A stretch of 63,334 nucleotides of DNA, counting the filler, from an uncultured Gemmatimonadota bacterium (GTDB lineage: Bacteria; GCA-2686955): assembly GCA_964490075.1 (NCBI GenBank). It is 3 parts of 3 records of this genome, joined end to end, with 100 filler letters (N's around TTAATTAATTAA, not from the genome) between each part and the next. Parts side by side here need not be neighbours in the genome. Positions count along the whole stretch, not along the records: positions 1 to 30,937 come from CAZBBK010000071.1; 2 more parts are not named here. One strand, 5' to 3'. Under the pieces are notes generated by a model that worked only from the letters and a program-made list of their open reading frames with translations, was not told the origin of the DNA and searched no databases. Both the position numbers and the translations under genes were made by a program. The number at the start of each line of letters is the position of its first letter. The first letter of the stretch is position 1. Shown here piece by piece: positions 16,859-27,704 of the stretch.

Positions 16859-17860
16859 CTACGCCCCGACCAGCACCAGCTCGGAGCGCGCGATCGCCAG
16901 CAGCGCGACCAGGGCGAAGAGGGCCAAGAGCAGCGCCGAGATCGCAATGTTGGCGCGAACGATGGCCGGCAGCCGCTCGCGCATGCTGGGCGGAAGCGGA
17001 TGCAGCGACAACAAACCGGCGGCGAGGCCGAACACCGTACCGGCGAAGAGCGGCAAGTAGAGCCAGTAGCCGATGTAGCCATACTCGGGCTTGAGGATGC
17101 AGAAAGGACAGTGATGCTGGGGGCGCTCGTAGATGTAGGGCGAGAGGGCCGAGACGATCGACGCCACGGCGACCACGAAGAAGATCCCCACGGCGAGCGC
17201 GTAGGGGACCTGGCCACGGCCCCGGCGCCGCGTGAATGCCGCCAGGGCGAGCACGACCGCCAGGGCGCCCCAGAGCAGCGCCAGCGCCAACGCCGGATCG
17301 ACGCCCACCAGCTCGGCCTTCAGCCCCCCCGCCTCGGAGACGAAGAGGCGTGAGCAGCAAGAGGTGATCACGTCGGGGTGCAGCCCGAGGAAGTAGGCGA
17401 GCTGCGTGGCGGCGGCAGCCAGGGACAGTGGCGCCAGGGCGATCACCAGGGCGAACTTGAAGCGCGTGAGCGGGTAGTCTCGTCCCTGCAGGTCGGCGCG
17501 ATGGACGATCAGCCACAGCGCCGCGGCGCAGAAAGCCGCCGTCCTCAACATCAGGGCCGGGAATCCGAAGGCGTTGGCGTTCAACGTGCCGACGGCGCAC
17601 ATCGCCCCCAGGAACATCGGCGCCATGCGGTCGGCGTTGAAGATGAAGAGCAAGAGCGAAACCAGCTCCACTGCCATCACCCAGGCCAGCGCCGTCGAAA
17701 CCAGGTAGGTGCGCCGCTCCATCGCGAGCTGGCCGGCGCTGCCGTTGGACAGATCCCAGCGACGCAGCACCTGTGCCCCAAAGCCGGCCGCCAGCACCAG
17801 GGCGGCTGCCGACAGAGTGGACGCGAGCAAGAGCGCCAAGTTCGGCGCGTGGAAGATCAC
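16859..17860 (-). CDS. Cys/His-rich integral membrane protein of the NosL-ABC cluster
   Basis: Multiple TM helices; GAMCAVG, TSCCS and HHCPFC motifs; ATGA/GTGA-type coupling to the upstream ABC ATPase. Confidence 0.75.
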   Translation of the reverse strand: MIFHAPNLALLLASTLSAAALVLAAGFGAQVLRRWDLSNGSAGQLAMERRTYLVSTALAWVMAVELVSLLLFIFNADRMAPMFLGAMCAVGTLNANAFGFPALMLRTAAFCAAALWLIVHRADLQGRDYPLTRFKFALVIALAPLSLAAAATQLAYFLGLHPDVITSCCSRLFVSEAGGLKAELVGVDPALALALLWGALAVVLALAAFTRRRGRGQVPYALAVGIFFVVAVASIVSALSPYIYERPQHHCPFCILKPEYGYIGYWLYLPLFAGTVFGLAAGLLSLHPLPPSMRERLPAIVRANIAISALLLALFALVALLAIARSELVLVGA

Positions 17861-18552
17861 GCGGGCCCCTTCGCGCCGCCGCGCTCCACGATCCGCCCGT
17901 CCTCCAGGGCAACGACCCGATCGACGATCTCGGCCCCGCAGATGCGCGGATCGTGGCTCGCCATCAACACGGTCCTGCCCTGGCCCCGAAGCCCTCCGAC
18001 GATCTTCAGGAACTCCGCCGCGAGCGTCGAATCGAGATTGGCGGTCGGCTCGTCGGCGACCAGGACCGCCGGATCGTTGATCAACGCCCGGGCGATCGCC
18101 ACCCGTTGCGCTTCGCCGCCCGAGAGGTGGGCGATGCGCGTCTCGGCCTTGCCCGCAACGTCCAGGCTGTCGAGCAGGCTCTGCGCCCGGTCGCGAAGCC
18201 GGCGACGATCCTCGCCCAGGGGGTAGGCCGGCAGCATCACATTTTCGATGGCGCTCGCGGCGCGGATCAGATTGAGGCTCTGAAAGACGAATCCGAAGGT
18301 CTTGCGGCGGACATCGGTCATGAACCGCTCCGGCAGGCCGGAGATGATCTCGCCGTGGAGTCGGATGCGGCCGCTGGTCGGCCGCGCCAGACAGCCGATC
18401 AAGGTCAGGAGCGTGGTCTTGCCGGAGCCGCTCGACCCCTCGAAGACGGTGGTTCGGTCGGCGTCTATCTCCAGATCGAGCCCGCGTAGCGCCCGCATCT
18501 CGTCCTCTCGGCCCTCATTGAAGACCTTGGTCACGCCTTCCAGAGTGATCAT
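17857..18552 (-). CDS. ABC transporter ATP-binding protein (LolD/MacB-like)
   Basis: GSSGSGKT, GFVFQ, LSGGEAQRVAIARAL, ADEPTANLD, SHD. Confidence 0.95.
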   Translation of the reverse strand: MITLEGVTKVFNEGREDEMRALRGLDLEIDADRTTVFEGSSGSGKTTLLTLIGCLARPTSGRIRLHGEIISGLPERFMTDVRRKTFGFVFQSLNLIRAASAIENVMLPAYPLGEDRRRLRDRAQSLLDSLDVAGKAETRIAHLSGGEAQRVAIARALINDPAVLVADEPTANLDSTLAAEFLKIVGGLRGQGRTVLMASHDPRICGAEIVDRVVALEDGRIVERGGAKGPA

Positions 18553-19694
18553 CGCATCACCGTGTCGGGATCGGTGATGGCGGCGCGCCAGATCGGCACC
18601 ATCGTGGCCGCGCTGTAGGGTACGACGGTGAACAGCGCCAGTGTCGCGACCTGCAAACCATCGACATGAGGCACCAGGGCAAAGCGCGGAAAGATGACCG
18701 CCCAGCCCTTGAGCACAGGCTCGAGCAGACCGGCCGCGAACAGGAACACATGGGCATAGGCGGCGAGAAACCCGACGATGAAAGCGCCCAGCGAGATCAG
18801 AGCTCCTTCCCAGAGCTTCATCGCCAACACATCGCCCGTCTCCCAGCCGACCGCCTTTAAAATGCCGATCTCGCGGCGCTCGTCGGCCGAGAGCCCCGAC
18901 GCCTTGTCGAAGGCGAAGATCGCGAAGGCCATGATCGAAGCGCCAAGCAGCGCCAGCAACAGTCCCTCGCGCCAGGAAAAGATCGCCTCGTAGGTGCTCA
19001 GCACGTCACGCCGGGTGATGAAACGGGCGTCGAGCATGGTGCGCACCGCCTTCTCGATGATGGTGTTGATCTCGCGCGGGTTGGCCACCGTCAGAGCGAG
19101 ATCGGTGTACACACCTTCCGGCAAGCCGAAGAAGCGACGGAAATCCGCTTCCGTGACCAGCACCAGGTCGGCACTGACGATCTCCGAGCCATATGCGAAG
19201 ACATCGTTTACGTGCAGCTTCAGGAACTCCCCGGCCGGCGACCTCAAGAGCAACGATTCGCCGGCCGCGACCCCACGCGCGCGGCTCACACCGCGCCCAA
19301 TGATCGCCTCGCCACTCGCCAGCTCGAGCTCCCGGTCGGGGCCCGAAGGCACCATGAGGGTGTAGTTGGCGCCGCAGGTCGGATCGTAGAGATAGCCCCA
19401 GAGCCGCCCTTCGGCCCCTTGCACGCCGCGAAAGCCCCGCAACGTCTCCAGGTAGCTCGCCGGCACCAGATCGTGGCGGCCCATCACCAGGCGCTGCACC
19501 ATCACCTCCGGGGCGCCCGCCAGCAGCGCGGCGGCCTCGCGGCGAATCGCATGGCTGAAGAGCATCACCGAAGCGAGGGCGAAGATCACCACTGCGTAGA
19601 CCGCGAAGAGCAAGAGGTTGCGCACGCGCCGCCGCAGCAACGACGCCACCGTGAAGTCGATCAGATAGCGTTGCCGCTCGATCCAGCGTCTCAT
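18549..19694 (-). CDS. ABC transporter permease (FtsX/MacB/LolCE-like)
   Basis: N-terminal TM, large periplasmic loop, ERREIGILKAVGW motif, three C-terminal TMs, P.WRAA..DP ending. Confidence 0.9.
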   Translation of the reverse strand: MRRWIERQRYLIDFTVASLLRRRVRNLLLFAVYAVVIFALASVMLFSHAIRREAAALLAGAPEVMVQRLVMGRHDLVPASYLETLRGFRGVQGAEGRLWGYLYDPTCGANYTLMVPSGPDRELELASGEAIIGRGVSRARGVAAGESLLLRSPAGEFLKLHVNDVFAYGSEIVSADLVLVTEADFRRFFGLPEGVYTDLALTVANPREINTIIEKAVRTMLDARFITRRDVLSTYEAIFSWREGLLLALLGASIMAFAIFAFDKASGLSADERREIGILKAVGWETGDVLAMKLWEGALISLGAFIVGFLAAYAHVFLFAAGLLEPVLKGWAVIFPRFALVPHVDGLQVATLALFTVVPYSAATMVPIWRAAITDPDTVMR

Positions 19695-20026
19695 CGGCCC
19701 GCGCCGCTCCCCCGGGCGGCGCCGAATCCAGCCGGCCGCGTATCGACGCGCGGCGCCACCAACGAGCCGGAAGGGAAGTGATCGAGCGACATGGGGTGGT
19801 CCTGAAAGGCGCTGTGCAGATCGGCCTGCGAGGGGTGTCGCGTGTAGCGGGCCTCGGTGAAGAGCGCCAGATCGCTCAGGCCGAGACGGTGCACCAGGCG
19901 CGCGGCGGCCTCCCGCTCCGGCAGCGCGCTCCGTCGCGCCAACCCGGCGTGCATCAGCGCTGCGCCGAGGAGCACGGCGCCGAGGGCCAGCGATCCCAGG
20001 GCAACGTCAGATCCGCGCGCCCTCAT
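19691..20026 (-). CDS. Small membrane-anchored hypothetical protein
   Basis: ATG at 20026 overlaps the nosL stop; N-terminal TM, then LGLSDLALFTEARYTRHPS..AFQDHP..LDHFPSGS; coupled on both sides. Confidence 0.7.
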   Translation of the reverse strand: MRARGSDVALGSLALGAVLLGAALMHAGLARRSALPEREAAARLVHRLGLSDLALFTEARYTRHPSQADLHSAFQDHPMSLDHFPSGSLVAPRVDTRPAGFGAARGSGAGR

Positions 20027-20586
20027 CGGGCCTCGAATCTCCCCTCGTCGAGCCCGGCGAGCAGCGCCGCGCTCACCTCGTCGAAGCCGACGATCCGCTT
20101 GCCCTGGTGGTCTCGCACGAACTCCTCGGCGGCCGGCCGCGTGGGATGCGCCACCAACTCGTGCCCCATCGGTCCCAACACGTCCGAGCCGATGACATAG
20201 AAGGCGCGGCGCGCATCGATGCTCCGCACCTCGTAGTAGTCGGTGACCCCCACGGCCTCGATGTCGCGCTCGACCCTTCCTTGCGCGTGTTTCGCCATGT
20301 CCAAGAGGTACTTGAAGAGATCCTTGGGGCCGTCGAAATGCTCGGCGTGGCCGTCCTTGAAGAGCACCGTCGCGCACCACTTGGGGAACTTCGCGGGGAA
20401 CATGCCGCACACCGCGCAACGATCGCCGGGGCCTGGCGCCGGCAGGGCTAGGGCGTCGGCGGGGGTGGAGGCGGGGATGGGACCGGAGGTGGAAGAGAGC
20501 TCCGTCGCCACGCCGAATCCGGCGGCACAGCAGATGAGGAGAACGCAGAGCAGCAGGCGACGCGAATCGATCGGACTGTCTTTCAT
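20023..20586 (-). CDS. nosL: NosL-family copper chaperone-like protein
   Basis: Signal peptide; CAVCGM, FDGPKDL, TDYY, IDA..AFYVIGSDVLGPMGHEL, AEEF..DHQG. Confidence 0.88.
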   Translation of the reverse strand: MKDSPIDSRRLLLCVLLICCAAGFGVATELSSTSGPIPASTPADALALPAPGPGDRCAVCGMFPAKFPKWCATVLFKDGHAEHFDGPKDLFKYLLDMAKHAQGRVERDIEAVGVTDYYEVRSIDARRAFYVIGSDVLGPMGHELVAHPTRPAAEEFVRDHQGKRIVGFDEVSAALLAGLDEGRFEAR

Positions 20587-20718
20587 CCGGCACTTCCTTT
20601 CGAGAGAGGGCGTTGCGCGCCATCATAGCAAGGCCGAGCCGGGGGACGACGTGAGAGCTTCTGCTACTCTGCTCTCAGAAGCGCTGTCCCCACGTGGACC
20701 TCGTCGATCCTCCGACTC

Positions 20719-23700
20719 ATGATCAGAGTCCCTCTCGCCGCCGCGATCAGCGTGGCGCTCGCCCTTCCCGGCGCCGCCCGGGCCGCACCACGCACCCACC
20801 CCGCGCGCGGCTACGCCACCACCGAGGCACTGGCACTACGCACCAACCCCTCCGGCGACCAGGCCCTGGCGCTGCTCCAGCGACTGAGCGGCAGGCACTG
20901 GCTGGCGAGCCCCAGCCCTCTCTTCGAGGTCGACGCGACCCGGGCCGTGGAGGTGCGGCTCGACATCGCTCCCCTGGCCAACGCCGAGCTGGAGCTGACC
21001 CTGCACATCCGCAACACCGCGCCGGACTCGACCCCCGTCGACGCGGTCTTCCCCCAGATCGCCCACCTCTCTCCGGGGGGCGACGCGCAAGACCTCTGGT
21101 TCTGCTTCCCGGCCCGCGACGCCGTGATCAGCAATCAGCCGGGTCACCACGTCCGCCCCTACGGGGGCGAGTTCCCGCTCCAGTTCGTCGACGTCTTCCA
21201 CCGCTCCTGGGGCGGGATCTACCTGGCCACCCGCGATCTCGACATCCAGCCCAAGACCTTCCACGTGGAGAAAAGCGGCGGCGAGGTCACTCTGCGCGTG
21301 GAGCGCAGGGGGAAGGATCTCGCGCCCGGCGAAGAGTGGGTCTTGCGCGCCGCGCTCGGAGCCCACGAAGGCGACTGGCACGACGCCCTGGCCGCCTACC
21401 GCGACTGGGTCGAGACATGGTTTCGTCCGGCAGCCCCGCGCAAGCCCTGGTTCCAGGACATCTACAATTTCCGGCAGCTCTTCCTGCATCAGAATCCGGT
21501 GCTCGGCGAGCACCCGGGTGTTTTCGACCCCGAGAGCGGCGACTACCGTTTCGAGGAGTTCTTGCGCGAGGACTCGCTGGCCTTCGGCGCCATCGAACAC
21601 GTCCACCTCTTCGACTGGGGCATGGACTTCGTCCACGGCCGGGTCGGCGACTACAGCCCCTGGTCCTACCTGGGCGGCATCCCGCCCCTGCGCGCGGAGA
21701 TCGAGCATCTGCACGCGCGCGGCATCGGGGTCGGTCTCTACTTCGAGGGCTACCTGGTCGATCCGCCCTCGCTGGTGGCGCAGGCCCACGGCGAGACCTG
21801 GCAGCTGCTCGACTCCCGAGGCCTGCCCTACACCAACTTCGCCCCCTCCTATCATCTCTGTCCCCACGTCACCGAATGGCAGGACTACCTCCGCAACACT
21901 TTCCGGAGGGCGCGCGCGGAAACCGGCGCCTCCGCCTTCTACATCGACGAGCTCGGTTTCGGCACCCAGTACCCCTGCTACAACCCCGCCCACGGCCACC
22001 GGGTCGGCGTCTCTCAGCTCGCCGGAGAGCAGATTTTGACGGCCAAGATCCGCGCCGGACTGCCCCCCGAAGCGGTCCTCTACACCGAGGAGGCACCCGC
22101 CGACGTGGCGCGCCAGGACCTCGACGGCAGCTTCACCTACACCCTCGCCCACGCCCGCGCCAATCCCCAGAGCACAGCCAAGATCAACCTCGCGCGTTTC
22201 GCCCTGCCTACCCACAAGAGCTTCGAGATCCTGCGCGTCGACGCCCCGCTCGACGACGACCAGGAGGGAGTGAAGCTGGTCTTCTTCAACGGCGAAGGAC
22301 TCTGGCTCGAGGGCTACCTCGAGGACGATCCCTGGTTCGATCCCCTGCTCTGCGCCACCATCCGCAAGACCCACCGCATCTTGCGCGCCCAGCGTCGGGC
22401 CTTCGCCGACCCGGCGCCCACGCCCCTGGTCCCGACCCTCGATCCGGCCCTCCACGCCAACCGTTTCGAGGCGACCGGCGAGCGGGTCTGGACCCTTCAT
22501 AACTCCTCGGCCGACACACTGTGCGGAACCCTGCTCGAGCTACGCCACGAGCCCGGAGCGCGCTACCGCGACGCCTGGAACGGCCGCCCCTTGACTCCGG
22601 TCCTGGTCGGCGACCGGGCGCGTCTCGATCTCACGCTTGCGCCCGCCGATGTCGGCTGCGTGGTGCAAGAGCTCGCGCCCCGCACCCCGCCGGCCCTGCT
22701 CGGGCATTGGTGTCTCGACGAGCGCGCCAACCCCTCGGGCGGCACCACGGCGGTCGACTCCTCGGGCATGGGCAACCACGGTGTCTACAGGCCGCTGCTG
22801 GGGACCGGTCCGGTGCTGGGGCGAGCCTCGGTCCACGACACTTTGTACGCCACCGCAGCCGACTTCGACGGCGTGGAGGACGACGTCGTGATCGAGCTGG
22901 GTCTCCCGCCCTCGGGTCCGATCAACGACCTGAGCATCAGCGCCTGGATCCGTCCGGAGCGGAGCGGCGAGCAGTCGATCTTCGCTGGCGGCGGCGAAGG
23001 GGGAGGCGGGCTCGACTTCGGCCTGGGCGGCGACGGCAGCGACCTGGTGTTTCGTAGCGAGGGAATCCGCGAAGATGTGCGGCGCGCAAGCGTCGCGACC
23101 GGGACTTGGACCCACGTGGCGCTGGTGATCGACCGCGGCAACGACGCACTTTTCTATGTCGACGGCGTCGACATCGGCCGCGTGGAGCGCGACACGCCGC
23201 CCCGGGTCGCCGGAGGGAACTACTTCATCGCCTCGGACGGAGTCGGCTCCCATTTCGCCGGCGGGCTCGACGATCTTCGGGTCTACCGGGGCACGCTCAC
23301 GCGCAGCGAGATCCGCGTGCTTGCCGAGTCGACCGGGCCGCTGGCAGGCAGTGTGGTGCACGCCGACGGAGCGCTCACCCGCGATACCAACCGGCTCGAG
23401 CTCTGGTGGCCCGGGTTCTGGGATGCGATGAGCGGAATCGCCGCCTACCGGGTGGGGGTGGGACGCTTCGAAGGCGACGATTCGATCCACCCCTTCACCG
23501 ATGTCGGCGAGGCGGCGTCGCACACTTTCACCGACCTGGAGTTGGACGAGGGCGAGGTGGTCTGTACGGTTCGGGCGACCAACGGAGTCGGACTGACGGT
23601 GCAGCGCAGCAGCCGCACTCTGGTCGCGCCCCCCGAGCTGCTCGGGCACTGGCCGCTCGACGATCCCGCGAGCAAGAACCCCACCGGCGGCCAGAGCGAG

Positions 23701-24432
23701 CCGACGCCGGATTCATCGAGCCACGGCCACGACGCCCTCTTCCAGCCCTACCAGGGTCCCGGCGCACGGGTGGGAGAGCCTTCGGTCGATCCCGCCCTCG
23801 GCAGCGCCTTCGAGTTCGACGGCGCCGACGACGAGCTGCGCATCCCCACTCCACATTCGATCAACGAGCTTCTTCACGACTTCACTCTGACAGCCTGGGT
23901 CGATCCCTTCAGGCGGCCCGTGCCGGGCAGCTCCGCCCTGGTGTTCGGTCAGGGCGGGAGCGGCGGATTTCGCTGGGGCATCTTCGACACTTGGGGCGGT
24001 TTCGAGGGCGGCTTGATTCTCACCACGCCGGGCGTGCGCGACTACCTGATGCCCTTCGAAATGCCGCTCGGGACCTGGACTCACCTGGCGGTGGTTCTCG
24101 ACCCCTACGATGACGCGACGTTTTACGTGAATGGCGAGAGGCTAGGAGGCGCCCGCTGCGAGCTTCCGGCGCTGCCCGGAGACGGCCCCTGTTTCATCAG
24201 CGGCAACGGGAGCTTCGGGCGATTCGAGGGCCGTCTCGACGAGGTAAGGATTTACCGCGGCGAGCTGGGCGAAGCGGCGCTGCGAGAGCTCGCGGAGATC
24301 GATCGATGTATTGCCGACCTCGTCCAGGAACAGAGTTCCTCCAGAGGCGGCCTCGAAAAGCCCGCGCTTGTTCGACGCCGCTCCCGTGAAGGCGCCCTTC
24401 GCGTGGCCGAAGAGCTCCGATTCCAGAAGTGA
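20719..24432 (+). CDS. Secreted glycoside-hydrolase-like (DUF6259-type) protein with two LamG/concanavalin domains; native C-terminus apparently replaced after ~24300
   Basis: Signal peptide; [30 protein letters not shown]; two GHW.LD...WTH[VL]A.V...FYV[DN]G...F.G.LD[DE].R.Y LamG repeats. The last ~44 codons are the antisense of a sigma54 activator fragment. Confidence 0.75.
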   Translation: MIRVPLAAAISVALALPGAARAAPRTHPARGYATTEALALRTNPSGDQALALLQRLSGRHWLASPSPLFEVDATRAVEVRLDIAPLANAELELTLHIRNTAPDSTPVDAVFPQIAHLSPGGDAQDLWFCFPARDAVISNQPGHHVRPYGGEFPLQFVDVFHRSWGGIYLATRDLDIQPKTFHVEKSGGEVTLRVERRGKDLAPGEEWVLRAALGAHEGDWHDALAAYRDWVETWFRPAAPRKPWFQDIYNFRQLFLHQNPVLGEHPGVFDPESGDYRFEEFLREDSLAFGAIEHVHLFDWGMDFVHGRVGDYSPWSYLGGIPPLRAEIEHLHARGIGVGLYFEGYLVDPPSLVAQAHGETWQLLDSRGLPYTNFAPSYHLCPHVTEWQDYLRNTFRRARAETGASAFYIDELGFGTQYPCYNPAHGHRVGVSQLAGEQILTAKIRAGLPPEAVLYTEEAPADVARQDLDGSFTYTLAHARANPQSTAKINLARFALPTHKSFEILRVDAPLDDDQEGVKLVFFNGEGLWLEGYLEDDPWFDPLLCATIRKTHRILRAQRRAFADPAPTPLVPTLDPALHANRFEATGERVWTLHNSSADTLCGTLLELRHEPGARYRDAWNGRPLTPVLVGDRARLDLTLAPADVGCVVQELAPRTPPALLGHWCLDERANPSGGTTAVDSSGMGNHGVYRPLLGTGPVLGRASVHDTLYATAADFDGVEDDVVIELGLPPSGPINDLSISAWIRPERSGEQSIFAGGGEGGGGLDFGLGGDGSDLVFRSEGIREDVRRASVATGTWTHVALVIDRGNDALFYVDGVDIGRVERDTPPRVAGGNYFIASDGVGSHFAGGLDDLRVYRGTLTRSEIRVLAESTGPLAGSVVHADGALTRDTNRLELWWPGFWDAMSGIAAYRVGVGRFEGDDSIHPFTDVGEAASHTFTDLELDEGEVVCTVRATNGVGLTVQRSSRTLVAPPELLGHWPLDDPASKNPTGGQSEPTPDSSSHGHDALFQPYQGPGARVGEPSVDPALGSAFEFDGADDELRIPTPHSINELLHDFTLTAWVDPFRRPVPGSSALVFGQGGSGGFRWGIFDTWGGFEGGLILTTPGVRDYLMPFEMPLGTWTHLAVVLDPYDDATFYVNGERLGGARCELPALPGDGPCFISGNGSFGRFEGRLDEVRIYRGELGEAALRELAEIDRCIADLVQEQSSSRGGLEKPALVRRRSREGALRVAEELRFQK

Positions 24433-24792
24433 CTCCGGGATCGCGCCGCAATCCACGGGAAGGAACTTCCCCTCTCTCCTGAGCCCGCTGTGGTGGATGG
24501 CGTTCGCCACCAGCTCCTTCCCGGTCCCGCTGCTGCCGGCCACCAGCACGGCGGCATCGGAACGCATGGCGGCCTCCATCGCCTGGAACACCGGCTGCAT
24601 GCTCGGACTACTGCCGACGATGCTCTCGAACTTGAACTTGTCGCGAGCCTCAATCTTGAGCGACACATTCTCCTGCTTCAGCTTGTCGTGCATCCTGGCG
24701 TTTTCCAGGGCAACCGCCGCCAGAATGGAAAACGCCTCGAGAAAGGTCATACTGAAGTTTCCCGGTTCCATGGCCACGTGGCGACACAACAT
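24295..24792 (-). pseudogene. Fragment of a sigma54-dependent enhancer-binding protein (end of GAF plus first half of AAA+)
   Basis: [62 protein letters not shown]; homology stops at SIDL; no HTH, no N-terminus. Confidence 0.85.
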
Positions 24793-24934
24793 AATTCACG
24801 CGGCAGCAGCTCGCTACACTTACCAAAGCATATAGTGCGCCAGAGTTTTGCGTCCTATCTAGCGGCCACGGGTTTGGTGTGTAGCGCGGCACGGCGCTCC
24901 GATCGGCAGCGCAAGAAGCCAAACCAGGGACCCC

Positions 24935-26430
24935 GTGGCGGTGACCAATCACCTCCACTTCTGCACCTTTCATGACAATTGGCAAAGCGATGCGATCCTA
25001 CGTGCCATCCACGGCACCGACGGCAGCCCCTATTTCAGCGTCACCGACCCGGCATACCGCCTCGACGGCGGCGCGCCGGTGGCCGACCTCGACCACAACG
25101 GGAAGCCTGAGATCCTCGCGCGCACCGAGAACGCCAAGCTGATCTGCTTCGAGCACGACGGCACATACAAGTGGATCGCGAGCGGGACCGTGGGCCGACT
25201 GGCCCCGGCGGTCGCCGATCTCGACCACGATGCCCGCCCCGAGATCATCGTCGGCAGCAAGGTCTTCAACCACGACGGCTCGCTTCGCTCGCAGGGAGCG
25301 TGGGGCAACGGCTCCAACGCGAGCGCGGCGGACCTCGATCTGGACGGGAGCCCGGAGGTGATCTCGGGCCTGGCGGCCTACCACTCGGACGGCTCGCTCT
25401 ACTGGACGGTCCCCGTGTACAGCTCGTCGCGCGTGGGAGTCGCCGACTTCGACGCCGATCCCAACCCGTAAGGGGTGATCTCCGGGGCCGCCGAGATCTC
25501 GCTCTGGGAGCACGACGGCACGGCCGCGTGGGGCCCCGTGGCAATTCCCGGAGAGGGCGGTGGCGCCCCCGTGATCGCCGACCTCGACGGAGACGGCGCC
25601 CCCGAGATCGGTGTGGCGGGCTACCAGGACTTCATGGTGCTGGAGACCGACGGCAGCATCAAGTGGTCGGTCGCCATTGCGGACAACAGTTCCGGCAGCG
25701 CGGCAGCTTCCGCCTTCGATTTCGACGCCGACGGCCGCTTCGAGATAGTCTATAGGGACGAGTACAATCTGTGCGTCTTCAGCGGAGAGGATGGCACGGT
25801 GCTCTTTCAAGCGCCCTGCCCTTCCGGCACCCTCCAGGAGGGTCCGATCGTCGTCGATCTAGATGGAGACGGATCGGCCGAGATCGTTGCCCCGAGCAAC
25901 AATTACGCCTTCGCCGGCGACACCGGGATCAACGTCTACGGCAACGACGGAGCGTGGGCACCCGCCAGAAGCATCTGGAATCAGTACGCCTACCAAATCG
26001 CCAACATCTACGATGACGGGCGCGTGCCGATCACGGAGGCCAACAACTGGGACGACTACAACAACTTCGTAGCGCAAGAGGACGTCGCACAGATCGGAGA
26101 CGTCGTGCTCAGCCTCGATGGCCCCACGGAGGTGTCGCGCGGTGGCACGCTGATCTACGAAGTCACGGCCGACAACAACCTGGAGGATGTCGTCCTCACC
26201 GACTACTGGACCGACGTGGTGCTGCCGATCGGGGATGTGTACCCACCGGCGGGGGCTCTCTTCGGACCGGTGTCCGTAAACCTGTCACCGGGTCCGATCT
26301 CGGTCACTACATTCCCCCCAGCGCCCCGCTCGGCGACTACAGCTATCGCGCCTACCTGGGAGACTACCCCGACGTTTCGCTGGACATGGCCTGCTTCGAC
26401 TTCACAGTGACCGCCACCGGCGGAGATTGA
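24935..26430 (+). pseudogene. FG-GAP repeat protein with a C-terminal Ig-like domain; 5' truncated, in-frame TAA at 25469-25471, frameshift near 26295
   Basis: Repeated [AV]DLDxDG.PEI motifs continue in frame across the TAA; ARSIWNQYAY motif. The true C-terminus (HYIPPSAPLGDYSYRAYLGDYP...FDFTVT) is in another frame ending at 26430. Confidence 0.82.
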
Positions 26431-26454
26431 CGAGTCCGCGCGCTCGGCGTGAAG

Positions 26455-26486
26455 GAGGCACGGTCGGCAAGGCCCGTGCCTCTTTT
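26455..26486 (+). terminator. Rho-independent terminator
   Basis: GAGGCACGG...CCGTGCCTC stem followed by TTTT, just after the 26430 stop. Confidence 0.7.
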
Positions 26487-26633
26487 CATGATCTACGGGG
26501 TCCGCGGGAAACCGAGATTCCCCCGATCTTGACCCCGTCCCCCCCCACGCCTAGCCTCTAGGCTCCCTTCTCGTCCCCGGGCGAGCCCTCTCCCGCGGAT
26601 CGAATGCCCGCCGCCACCCACGCGGAGCCTCCC

Positions 26634-27659
26634 ATGCCTAGCGTCCTGATTACCGGTGGAGCCGGCTTCATCGGTTCCAACTTCACCCGCATGCTCTGCG
26701 AGCGCCATCCGGCCTACAAGATCACCGTGCTCGATGCCCTCACCTATGCCGGACGCCGCGAGAACCTCGCCGATCTCGAGGCCGCGGGCAAGATCGAGTT
26801 CGTGCATGGTGATATCCAGGACGTGGCGTTGGTCGATCGGCTGCTCTCGGCCCACGAGTGGGTCGTCCATTTCGCCGCCGAGACCCACAACGACCGCTCG
26901 ATCATGGAGGCCGGCAGCTTCATCTCGACCGATGTCAACGGCACCTTCGTGCTGCTCGAGGCAGCCCGTCGCCACGGCTGCTCGCGCTTCGTCCACATCT
27001 CCACCGACGAGGTCTACGGCGACGCCCTCGACGGCCCTTCGACCGAGCAGTCGCCGCTCAATCCCAAGTCCCCCTACTCCGCATCCAAAGCGGGGGCCGA
27101 CCGCCTGGCCTATTCCTACTACCAGACCTTCGACGTGCCGGTGGTCATCAGCCGCTGCACCAACAATTACGGCCCCTACCAGTATCCCGAGAAGCTGATT
27201 CCCCTCTTCACCACCAACCTGCTCGAGAATCGGGCGGTTCCCGTCTACGGCAGCGGGGGCAACACCCGCGACTGGATTCACGTGCTCGATCATTGCGAAG
27301 CGGTCGACATCCTGCTGCACGACACCGGGCACCTGGGCGAGGTCTACAACGTCTCCAGCAGCGTCGAGCTGTCGATTCTCGACGTGACCGATGTGCTGCT
27401 CGAGATCCTCGGCAAGAGCAGAGACCTGATTCAGATGGTGACCGATCGGCCGGGGCACGTGATTGCCCACTCGGTCGATTCCGCAAAGTTCCGCGAGACC
27501 TTCGACTGGGAGCCGGCGCACAGCTTCGAGCAGGGGATTCGGGAAACCGTCGCGTGGTACGGCTCCAACCAGGCCTGGTGGCGCGCGATCAAAGAGGAGT
27601 GCGAGGAATTCCGTCGCTACTACACGGAGCAGTACCCGGAGCTCGAGGACCAGGACTGA
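26634..27659 (+). CDS. rfbB: dTDP-glucose 4,6-dehydratase
   Basis: TGGAGFIG, DALTYAG, HFAAETH.DRSI, HISTDEVYG, PYSASK, NNYGPYQYPEKLIP, DRPGH; GGAG RBS before ATG 26634. Confidence 0.93.
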   Translation: MPSVLITGGAGFIGSNFTRMLCERHPAYKITVLDALTYAGRRENLADLEAAGKIEFVHGDIQDVALVDRLLSAHEWVVHFAAETHNDRSIMEAGSFISTDVNGTFVLLEAARRHGCSRFVHISTDEVYGDALDGPSTEQSPLNPKSPYSASKAGADRLAYSYYQTFDVPVVISRCTNNYGPYQYPEKLIPLFTTNLLENRAVPVYGSGGNTRDWIHVLDHCEAVDILLHDTGHLGEVYNVSSSVELSILDVTDVLLEILGKSRDLIQMVTDRPGHVIAHSVDSAKFRETFDWEPAHSFEQGIRETVAWYGSNQAWWRAIKEECEEFRRYYTEQYPELEDQD

Positions 27660-27704
27660 GCAGCGCGCCGCCAGCCGCGGCGTCCCAAGCACCAAGGCCA
27701 CGCC

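Noticed and set aside
20023..20586. N2O respiration cluster
   Set aside because: nosZ, nosD and nosR are not in the window; nosL alone is not diagnostic.
25469..25471. Programmed readthrough or recoding at the in-frame stop
   Set aside because: The stop is TAA at an expected Glu (GAA) position, and the gene has other lesions (5' truncation, frameshift).
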